In this document: positions 41,401-53,400 of the stretch, piece by piece
How positions within the stretch are numbered: position 1 is the stretch's first letter
Layout: every line of letters begins with the position of its first letter
Source of the DNA: Lytechinus pictus
Taxonomy: Eukaryota
DNA: 64,000 bases
NCBI RefSeq assembly: GCF_037042905.1
Contig: NC_087252.1
Coordinates: forward strand, 13,766,001 to 13,830,000
Reading direction: 5' to 3'
Notes under the pieces: model-generated
Databases searched by the model: none
Told to the model about the DNA's origin: nothing
Seen by the model: the letters and a program-made list of their open reading frames with translations, nothing else
Position numbers and translations under genes: made by a program

Positions 41401-44400
41401 CTGACTGGCACTGTAACGTGGGATCTAACTCGGCTCGACTCACGTTACCTTGCTCCATGCTACCGATGCACGCCGTGTCCGACCGTGGCCGGGACCCGCC
41501 TTGGGGCCATTGCATGCAGGCATGCATGTCCGCACATGGGAATGACGATTTAATATCGATGTGGCAGATATAGCAAGTTCCGACTCGGAGTCCTCGTATG
41601 AAAGCAGTAGAAGTCAGGATGTATTCTAGGATAGTTGAACCACATGGCTGATTTGCTTATTTGTTATGTTAAGCAGTAGGCGAGTGCATTTTATTTGAGG
41701 CACTTGCCGGCTTAAAACGAAACTAGAATTTCAATTTCATTTTATTTTCCCAGCGTGTTTGTCCCATTGAAGACACCGTTAGAAAAAAAATCGCATCCAA
41801 ATTAAAAAAAAATCGTCAAAATTCTAAAACCCGAGTGATTTCGAACGCGACCCGAGTGATTTCGAACGCGAACGCGGCCCGAGTGATTATAATAAGCCGT
41901 TTATTGTCTCCATCAATATGACACCATTATAGTTCATATTGGGCGATAAATTGTGATGTCCCTGGCCAAAACCATTATTTTCAAGGATGTTGTCAAAATG
42001 CTGCTACGTATATAAAAAAAGTCAACATAAAAAATAGGAAGAAGGTCTATGAGTAATAACTCTATTAAAATGGATATTGACACAACCGTATCCAATTACA
42101 TATATTTTCAACGTTTATATATATATATATATATATGCAGCAATGGAGATACACACCTGAAAGTTGACCCTGAGTCAACCGACTTGAAGTCAATTTACTC
42201 AGAGTCATGTTCAGGACTTATACTTTTTTCGAGCTCAGAGAGTGTACTGCGGGCGGCAACGGAGTGCTATATCACGATTGCAGTTTCTTTCAGTTGATTT
42301 TTCTAATATGTTGTCTGTTTTCTTGATAACTGTTCAACTGGTTTGAGTTATTGCTTGGTTATTCATCTCTATTTGCGTTTCCTGTATTAATTATAATGCC
42401 TTAATAACAAAATAATGAGTCTAGATTTGTCATTGTAATGTTCCACGCAGAGCGATTGATGTGGGGTTGTGGTCGCTTATTAGAACAGCCACTATACGTA
42501 CGTGCATTGACCTACTGCGTACTCTGCGGAGCGAGAGCCGATTTTGAGTAATTGTGTAGTCTTATTCCAGGAATAAATAAATAAGTAAAATAATAGTTAT
42601 AACAACGCCAGTTACATGTAAAATTAAATACAAAAAATAAAATATAAAAGGTACCGGTGGTACTTTACCTTGACCATGATGCTCCTATAGCTATGCTTCT
42701 CTCTAGATTTGGAAACCTCAACCAACCCCATACCATGTGGATATATATATATATACATCTCCCAGTCAGGAAATACACTTAATAATAGATATTATGCCAT
42801 AAAGTTTCTATTTTGGTCAATAATCAAATTTACATGCAGGAGTTATAAGTTTTCGAGTATTTTTTAGTACATGTTAATATTATTTTGTATAAATTCCATA
42901 AAAAATATGTGTTTATTGCATAAACCTGTACATAAGTCTATACAATATTCAACTAGTGGAGGTACCGTGGCCGAGTGGTCTAAGGCGCATGTCTATACAT
43001 GGAAAGTCCTGGGTTCGATCCCGGCAGCGGCACTTCAGTCCGTGAGCAAGGTATTGAATCTATAATGCTCTTTTATCCTGCTTTCAAATAAATGGAAATG
43101 GTATATGCATGATTGGTAACTAGGTGTGCACTTGGTTTGTTAAAAAAATATTCAAATTTAAAGATCGAACTCCGAAATGATATTGACAAATCATGTATCA
43201 ATATTTGGCCTGGAAACTACTGGAAGAGAGCAGTGCAAGCCGGTGAAAACCTTACGAGGGCCTACCATCGATACCCATTAATAATTCTTATAAGCAAAAT
43301 GCCGTGCTGTCCATATTTGAATATGGATAGAAAATTATATTGCATTATTAAGGTCTTTAATAACTCCCATTTTTAATATCTTTCATAGCTCCAGTCTGGG
43401 TCTTTAACAGATTTTGCAATAAAAGCTCTTGATTGAACCATGCATTAAAACAATGTTGATTCCACATGCTCAGGGAGGAATACAAATTGTTTCATATTAT
43501 AATTAGTCCCCTAATTTTCGTACCGACCAGGACGTGCCTGTTATGTGTAATTTTGTTATTTTACATCCGACTTAAAGCCTGCTTGATTTTTCTGTTTTTA
43601 TTGAAATCAACTTTTTATGGGTGGACCTAACTTTTAAACACTGAATTTAGACTTAATTTTAAATCAGAACTTAGGCCTACAACAGGACCCTGCCCGACCT
43701 TTTGCCTATTAGCTAGGGCCAACGTGGAGCGTTGTGCCCCAGTGGATTAGTCTTCGGACTTTGAAACAGAGGGTCGTGGGTTCAAATCCCAGACATGGCG
43801 TAAATCCCTTCAGCAAGAAACTGATCCACAATGTGCTGCACTCAACCCAGGTGAGGTAAATGGGTACCGGTAGGAAGTAATTCCTTAAGAAACTGTGTAC
43901 GCTCTGAACGCCTTGCTTAGCCGGGTAATATAGGAGCGCTTTGAACACCTAACAAGGTGGATATGTGCGCAATATAAATACCCTATATTATTATTATTAT
44001 TATTATTTTGGTATGGTCACATCCCACTGAAATTTTAATTGCAGTAAATTTACAATCAGAGTTGATATCAGTTACACTATTAATTCTACTATTAATTCTA
44101 CTTTGTAATTGTTCCCATAAAATAGGCACATTAACTTCCGACGTACCCGACGATACCGTGTACACTGATGGACAGAAAACGGTACGGATGGGCGACAGTG
44201 TTGTCCTTACATGTCGGTTTCGAGGCTCACCATTGGCTGTCTACTGGAAGAAAGGTGATGACCCAAGAACCGCACCAAACCTTGTATCATGGATTATTGA
44301 TGATGACGACACTCGTGAATCATGTGAAGATCAAAGCCTATGTGAGATCATGGAGATGAATGAGAATCGTTCTTTGGTCATCAAAGAAGTCAGCATTGCA

Positions 44401-47400
44401 GAGGAGGGTCGATACATCTGCAGAGTATCGGACTACAAGGGAGACTTCATCCACAACTTTACGGATATCCGTGTATTTTGTAAGTCGTGCATATTTTATC
44501 AATGCTGATATTGATACGTTGTAACCATTACCATTAAAGAGAACAGATTTGTATAATATACACAGTGGCGTATCTAGGGAGGGAAAAGGGGGCACATGCC
44601 ACGGACGCGCAATTATTTTCCCCACCGCACTTCCGGACCCCATGTCTACATGATATGAATATTAATGACTTGAGTCTTCGGAATAAGAGACTACCAAACT
44701 CTTTGGCCTAACGTACGTAAGCAAACGTTAAGTTCGGAATTATCCAGTTCTAAGTTAACCATGAGTCATGACATTGATTAGGCTAGCCTATCCCATATAT
44801 CTTTTGTCTTGTCATTAATGGCAATCTGAAAAGTGTTTAAGAATTGGATCTAGATATACATGTAGATCTAAGGCCTATGTACTAGTAATTTGAGGGTGCT
44901 GATTCATTCGTGTCTACATGAACGGTCACAATTAATTTTGTAAATAATAAGTCCTTACCCAAAAGTACTCTTATTAGGTTTAGAATCGTTCATATTGAAA
45001 TAAAAGTGATCAATAGTCATGTCACAACCTAATATTACATCCGAGTTTTATGACATTTTCAGTGTTAGGCTTATTGGATTTTGCTCTTTTTTACTCAAAT
45101 CAACTCTTTGTTAGGGTGAACTTGTCATTTAAGTGGGTCGTATCTGCTTCAATAATCCTGACATGATAAAGGTCCTACATGTTTTCGCCTTAAAACATCA
45201 TAATGAAACGGAACGACGGGGCTGTGATCAAATAATTTTTACAATCATTTCTTCATTTGACTTCTGCAAAGATTTATTTACCCTCTCTCATTTCCTTGTC
45301 CTCTTATTTTGTAGCGCCTCCCTCTGAACCGTATCCACGTATTGAGAAATGCCCAGGGGAACCCGTCAACAATGCTTCGCAATCTTGCAGCCTCCCGGCT
45401 TCTGACAGTGTCACCATCACCTGCACCGCATCGAATTACTTTCCCGACATCGATCTGTCCTTCCTCCACGAAGTTATTACGACGAACGCAACATACTCGC
45501 ATATCGTCGAAGAGACAAACGTGGATGGCACTAAAAACAAATCGGTTTCAATCGTCGCCAGGCCGAGTGAAAACCCCTATGTGTGCGTGGCGTCCCGTAT
45601 CCCTGGATCGCAAGACCGAAGGACAGTTAGTGTAACAGTTTATACTATTGAGTCAACAGTTGCCATGACGACAACCCAAACTAATCAAACGACTCCACCT
45701 CACCAGAGACATGGAGCAGCCAAAGTTGGTAAGCATTGTATCTTTGTGAGACCTGGTTTAATATAGGCCTCTACTATGTTCTTGTGCTATGATGAATATA
45801 ATAATAATAATAATAACGGCATATTTACCCAGGGTAGCCACTTCAGTTCCGAAAACTGTTCTCCCAGTGGGCCCTGCTATTATGATACATTGTGTGTACG
45901 TGTGTGTGTTTGTGAATGGGTGTGGGTGTGTGTGTGTTGGGGGCGGGTCAGTCCCTTTTGTTTATACTGTGTTTTTTCTTGTATGTGTTAGAGGTTGTGC
46001 CCCTCATGTGTTGGGAATATGTATGCAGTACCAATTAATGTATATTATACAAAATTTTGAAAGGGAACCATCTGTCATAAAACATTGATGTTTGATTATT
46101 TATACTTTCTCTTATCAAAGGCAATTCATGTTGCTTAGCGTCGCAGTAGTGTTACCGACGATTTCCATCTAAAACCAGTCAGGGAAAGGGACAGAAACAG
46201 AAGAAAAACAAATCCATAACAAATTGTGAAAGCAATTAATTGTGGAATGGAATAAGTAGGCATAATACCATTTTATAAATGTATATTTCCTTACAATTCA
46301 AAAAGTGTTTTTTTAAAGCACATGTTTACGATAAAGCATTTATCAGGAAAACATTTATGTATTCAACTGTTTAATGTTTCCTTCTCATCCAATGAATGAA
46401 ATGGTAGTAGATTTTCGAAACTTATGATCGCTACATAATGTAGTATTACATACTTGACACTAACTAATTGTCAACATTACATTTGATTCTTTACCTCTGT
46501 GTGTATTAGTTGTACCAATTATTCTGATAACATTGGTGGCAGTTCTTGTTTGCGTTTTCATCTGGTGGTATAGGAAGAGACGGACATCAAAGTACGGTAT
46601 GTATATCATCACCTAATTATCTAATCATCCAAATTTGAATAAGTTGTGTATAACTCAGTAATATGCAATAAGAGAATGAATTAAACATTTAAAAGTAACA
46701 TTAAAACGAGTCTTTTTTAAGGTCGTCGACCTTAAGGGAGAAATATTTAACCTTAATAGCTACATCCTGCTGTCAAATCCTTGGATAATCGTATTGATCG
46801 TGGTAGATCTTACCATATCTTGATTTCTGTCATGGCAATCGTTGTGATTGTAAAGGAACAATTAGGACGGCTTAAAACTTTTTCCGATCAGCTATACTAA
46901 ATATCAATCATAACGGATGCGCAACAGTGTGAACGAGCTGCAAGTCGTTTTCTTTACTTTTATTAATTTTACAACCCTCTTGAATAAAGACTTAACAAAT
47001 TGATAAATCAATCAATGAATAAAGAAACTAAATAGCTGACTATTTTCAAGGACTCCTCGGGTGTATAGTAGTCAACAGATAGAGCAAGCTATCACGATCA
47101 TTCAAATTCCCACATTCATGTATCAGCTAAATTATTTGTGATTAATTTATGGATGCATTTTTGACCTCCAAAATCAGATCAATGGTCTATCCTGAAAAAA
47201 GAAATATGGGAGGATTACTGAATGGGATAAGGAGAAGGGAATAATTGGGAAGTAAAAACCTCTTGGTCACTGTGTAAAAATGATAAACGTCTCTTTATTG
47301 AAAAGTGTACAGGACAAAATTCAAAACCGTCGCTCTATTGACCAAAATAATAAAGATGTAGATTTTTAATGTGTACAATGATATTAAAGGGGAATCCAAG

Positions 47401-50400
47401 CCAAATAAAAACTTATTTTTATAAGGAAAAGAAAAATCAGACAAGTTAATAGGTGAAAGTTTGAACAAAATTGGACAAACAACAAGAAAGTTATGAATTT
47501 TTAAAAGTTATGGCTAAAATGTCATTTTCCCCAAAAGTTTTATTTCAAATTATATTTTTCTTCCATGAGGACATAAAACAATATACTACCTGGGTTATAT
47601 TTAGATTACTGCCCCAGGGGAATGGGAACTTAGGAGAAAACCGCAAATCACTGATAATAAAGTACATGGCCTATGGGAAAGTTGTCCTTGCCCCTTGTCA
47701 TAATTTACTTACCCAGTTGCCAATTTGAAATCTACATAGTATTGGTGATCTCAATTTTAAAGCAGCTATAACTTTCTTATTGCTTGTCCGATTTCTTTCA
47801 AACTTTCACCATTCTGTTTAATTCATTTTTCTCCTTCCTAACACAACATTTTATGGCCAAGGCTGGATTCCCCTTTAATAATCTGTCTAGTATGATATTA
47901 GTAATAAGACCACCCCAAAACCAACACTAAGTCACCCAAAATGAATCTTGAGACCCTTTTTCAACTTGAGAGCACATCCTAAATTTCACAATTATATGAG
48001 AATTTTCCAGAGTGTTTAATATAAATACATACAAGCAATTTATTGAATGCGGAAGAAATTCAAAGAGAGCTTTAAAACACAACTTCGGGGAAAACAAGGT
48101 TTAGAATTACGGGTTTACTGAGGCCCGACATGTATTCAACTATGAAACCTCCAAGTAGTCTGCCAAAACATGGTGTCAAAGAAACTCAGTATCTTGTATT
48201 TGGTATTTTAATCAGCTTTACAATTTCAAATTTTTACAGTATGAAGAAGAATTACCCTTTTTGAAAGGCTAATTTAATAATTCGTAATTTTTGAGGACTT
48301 TATTTTAATTTTGGCTATTTTCAGAGAACCTTCCCTGGTGACTTACATGTATTGTTAATTTTGGGGTGGCTGGTCACATGTTTATATTATTTATATTATT
48401 TTTTTATAGTCGTAGTATATTAATACTATTGTTATCATTATTATTTCAGGGACAGGAGACTCGGAATCAGCGCCTTTGCGTCCGATGCAAGATATCAAAG
48501 GTAAGTCTATCCCATATTTGAGCTGTTTCAAACAAAATAATTTAATCGCACATTATCATCTTTCCTTCTCTTCGCTTATCTATCTGTCACTCTCTCTCTC
48601 TCTGTCTCTGTTTTTCTCGCTGTAACAAAAACCTACATGCATAGAATTTTCACACATATTAAGCGGTGATAATCACATTCGTATGAGGATATGTCCATAT
48701 TTCTTGCTAGTAAATGGTATGAATATCGCGGATTCTCTGGTCGTTCTTAATTACATTGCCCGGCAATTCATGAGCTGTACTCACGTTGTGGTTAATTAAC
48801 TTTGTCACATTATGCAGTGTAAACACAGGGTGTACCACAGACCTGTTCCAATTTATCACAGTGGAATGACTATGTGAAAATACTCTAAACCACAGTGTTC
48901 TCACACTATGTGACAACAGTATGTTTTAAATACAGTGCTGTGACTTAGCGTTCTTTCCAGCAGGAAGAATGTTTCTTAGAGCAAAACACCAGTTGTATTT
49001 TTTGTTATAACTATTGGTATTATCATCACCGTTATTATTTCAAAATTATTTTTAATGTTATCAATATTATTATTATTTTCATTATTATTATCATTAGTTG
49101 TAGTATTAGTATTATTATTATTATCATTTTTATTATTATTATTACTATTATATTAATGTTCAACAGGGAAAGTATCCTTTTATGAATTATGGCACTTGAT
49201 ACATCACGTGGAAACTAAATACTCGGATAAACTACGGGAGGCCTTCATCTACCTGAAGATCTGTCCTGCAGGAGACGAACTAACTGCAGACAATGCATAT
49301 AATTTCCTTTGCCAGTGGAAGGATACAAATACATACGATGATGAAGCTACAATGTTGAAAAATGCATTAATTGGACATGGATTTGAGCGATCTTGGAAAG
49401 GATTGTGTGGTGAGTTTTCGTCTAGATACAGCTTATATAAGTTGCTCCTTTAATAGTTACTTAGAATATTTGAAGAAAAAAAGAACTTAGACCGATATCC
49501 AATCAAGATTTTCAGAATAGAAGCATGTATAAATATTATGCAATGTGATAGCCAAGTGTCCTCATTGTCTATGACATTTGTTTTTACAGAATCCTGAATG
49601 CAATAAATAATCTAGATATACTAAAAAGTGAAAAAATAAGTAAATGGATGGACATTAAATATTCACAGATAATAAATCAAAATGACATATAATCAACTAG
49701 GCAAACAAGTTATATTAATCGAATCAAATACCACCAGATAATTGTAATTATTAGAATGCATACTTTTTCTGCAATAAGGCAACTTGTTGTTATAAAAGTG
49801 ATGTCTATCTAGGTGAATATATGAATATGTATGCTGAATGTAGTGCATGAATAGATTCATATAGATATGATAATGGTTTTATTTTTCAGATAGGAGATAT
49901 GACACAACGTATGTCCCTGACAAAACGTTGAATCGTATTTTATGGAACGTTGGTGGTGAAAAAGACATTATAACTTTTCTTCGTGAACTTCTACACGGCA
50001 CCCCTGAGGCTCAGTTGCAATGGCATGGAAATGAAAGTGATGGAATAAAGGATGCTACGAATTTCTTGAGGCAATGGTGTGACAAAGAACATGAAGTTTA
50101 GCTCTAGAAAGAGCCAATTTCAAGCCTTTAGACAGATCATTTTTCGAAGGTGAGTTAAAAAGGAGACCCATCTTTGTCTAATGAAGTCCTGATAGATGAA
50201 AACTAATGCATCAAAACTGGTCCCCTGTGTCATTTCTATTTGGTTTGGTAATTGTTGTATTTAAATGATCAGCAAATACATCCATACGCCCGCGCATACT
50301 TGCATATATGTATATAATTTTGGTGTACATATATACCGTGTAAAGAAAAAATTGGCACCTCCCAAATCCCTAATTTAAGTCATGTATATTTTATTTAAAA

Positions 50401-53400
50401 TACAACCAATCTGGGTTGTTGATTTTTGTTTTTGCTTTTTTTTTCGTGTAGATCTTGTAGTGCCCGAATATCTTCACCAAGAGATATCCCCTGATGAGAT
50501 TCGGAAGTGTGTCTACAGACTCGCAGAAAGGCATGTTAGGAGGTTGGCTACGTCTGTTAAGATAAAGGATGAAAATCAAATAACCACCACCATCGATGAA
50601 AATAAGGAAGTGCTGTTGATCGTTGAACAGATGATAAATGACTGGTTGATTGGACAAGAATGTGGCAACTATGAGAAGAGATGTAAACTGGATGATGCCA
50701 TCATTGAGATTGGTCGCCATGATTTGACAGGTGTCGTATTCACATCAATATTCTAGTTATAAAACTTATTAAAACCAGTGGGTTGTGAGATATACATAGA
50801 TTTACACACGACTGTGGATCATGTCTTGTATCAGATAATGTACATGGCAGTTTACTTTCTTTAATTTCATCGAAATCGGTGCCGCTTGAGAATCGATATG
50901 GTTGGTCAGTGTTGTTTCATTGAATCTTATCTTATGATTTTGTCCCCGTTATTAATATGTAAAAACTTTTCGAAATCAATATTCTAAGAATTGTTGGGAT
51001 ATACTTTTCTATTCGTCTCTACCAGATTCATTTGGGACAACGAGCTACAGAGCCCAATCAGGAGATGATCATGAGACAGAACATTCTTATGCAAAGTACT
51101 TCGGTGAGTGTCATCCAGGGGAGTAACTACGGGGGGGGGGGGCGTGCCATCCCAGAGATTTGATGTGCCCCCTGAAAAAATATTCCGCTGAAAAAAATTA
51201 GTAGGGCCTAAGTTACAACATGATTTACATTTCTTGCCTATTAAGTGTTATACATATTTATCTGACAGTGATGTCAATATCAACAAATTCCACGCTTTCC
51301 TTAAGCATATTAGATAAATTTAAGAGAAAATAACACTTTCATGAATTCTTGATAACTAAATTTGCCCCTTTTCTGGATGGTATATGAACAAGCTTCATAT
51401 CGTGCTTAGGAATATTAAGGAAGATAGTCATCATTTACATTTGATGACAAAATATCCTTAGAATATAATTTTCCCACACAGAGCTTGGAATGGTGCTTAA
51501 ATTGACCCTTTTTCAGATCGGAATATCAAATGTTTTCATCTCGCGCTTCGAGCTCGCATTGTTGATCTTCAGGATCAAAACAATGTAATCAGAATGCCCA
51601 GATTCTAGGTCTAAATCTAAAGTACACATGTTTATAGAGATACGCAGCTTGTTCATTATCTAAAATTTGCTTAAATTATCCAGTTTCAGATCAGAATATC
51701 AATAATTTTCTGCCCTCGCTTCATGCTCGCATTATTGATGTAGGAAGATACCCAATTACCCATCCTGTTCATGATCAACAAAACATGAATAGAGGGTCCC
51801 GTTTTTAAGTCTAAAATATCAATTTTCTTCCGCTCGCGCTTCGCGCTCGCATCATTTATTTTCAGTTACATACCTATCCCTTTCATAATTACAAAAAGTT
51901 CTCAGAGTGACACTTTATCAAATATCAAAAGTTTCCACCTCGCGCTTCGCGCTCGCATTATATAATTGCAGAATTATGTATCGTCTTCATGGGTAACTGC
52001 AAACAGTCCTTACTGGGTCCCTCTTCGGTCAGGCTAGAACGTTTATTAAAAATCTCTGCTCGCGCTTGGCGCACGCAGTAATGATGTCTAGTTACATACG
52101 CATCTTGTTCAGGATCACAAACATTACACAGAATGTTACATTTTCAGGACAAAATGCATGAAATTTCAAATAAAATAATACGGTTTCTGAGATTATTGAT
52201 GTGAATATGGTGATATGTTATTTCATATCGAAAGCATTTTCAGTTTAATAAATGATTAAGGATTCAGGATTTACTATTCATACCATTATACCAGGCATTG
52301 TGGCTCGGTGGTAGAGCGTCCACCGCATGAACCAGAGGTCATGGGTTCGATCCTCGGCCGAGTCATACCAAAGACTTCTAAAAATGGGACCTTCTACCTT
52401 AGAGCTGGGCACTCAGCAATTAGATTGGAGAAGGGTAATTGCAGGGCCCGCTGGTAGAACAGTTTCCTAACTGAAGTGGCTACCCTGGGTAAATAAAACG
52501 TTATTTTATTTTTTGTGTGTTTATATGACCCACAGATTGCAGCAGTTTATTTGATGACGACATTGAATCGTTGCTCAGGTATCTTCCAACAGGTGCGATA
52601 CCAATGTTTCTCGAAAAACTGGGGATTTCACAAGGAGACGACGATGTCGGAGAAAGGCTCCGATGCTGGAGAGATCGAAGGATTGGGAAAACAAAGGGAT
52701 GTTCCCTGCAAAAAATAACTACAATCCTTATAGAAACCCTGCAGGAGACAAATAACAATTACGGTAATTAAATCAGAACTGATGTAAAACCTGACGGAAT
52801 CGAGTCTTTAATGAGAGTTCAAATTGCTTTTTTGCAAGATTATTAGGAAATAAATCTTGCGTAGTAAATATTGCTTCTAGTCATTTTTGGATATTATTCC
52901 ATTATCACATATTAGAATCCGATCTCGGATATGCAAAGGAGAAAACCTCCCCAACTTCCCCCATTTCTGAAAAGAATTACACTGGATTCCGTATAAAGTG
53001 GATATTCTCAGTGGCCTTAATTCTTATTAAATCTTGACCAAAAGCATGAAACACGTGATATCAAAATAAGTGATATCCTATATATATTGGAATTCTTTTT
53101 TTTCTCCAAAATGCACTTCTTTAGTTAAGAAAAGTAGGAATACACATTTATTTTGGATATGTTTTGGTGGCAGAACCTTCCCAGCTACTTGTCAAACCAA
53201 CTTTACGCTCAGATGCGGTTACTTCTCTAAACTAAGGCCTTCCATGACAATATTTCTCCTTCTGAGAGCATACAGTCCGTAAATGTATTTACTACACATT
53301 CCTAATTTCCATTTTACCTTATGCGCTTGGGAAACAGCTAAGACGACCATGATATATTAACATTGCATTTGTTTAACGATCATTATCAATTTCTTATTTA

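Larger units (their letters stand above)
33596..41898. mobile_element. 8.3 kb non-autonomous DNA transposon with ~1.15 kb TIRs and 8 bp TSD, in intron 1
   Basis: GTTTATTG|GGCTTATTATAATCACTCGGG...CCCGAGTGATTATAATAAGCC|GTTTATTG. Arms 33596-34757 and 40705-41898 are highly similar (mirror ORFs at 34414-34605 and 40859-41050). Confidence 0.9.

Noticed and set aside
42958..43035. Functional tRNA genes at SINE heads (also ~12900, 43724, 52294, 62847)
   Set aside because: Stems are imperfect, and the sequence continues into SINE bodies and tails rather than a terminator.
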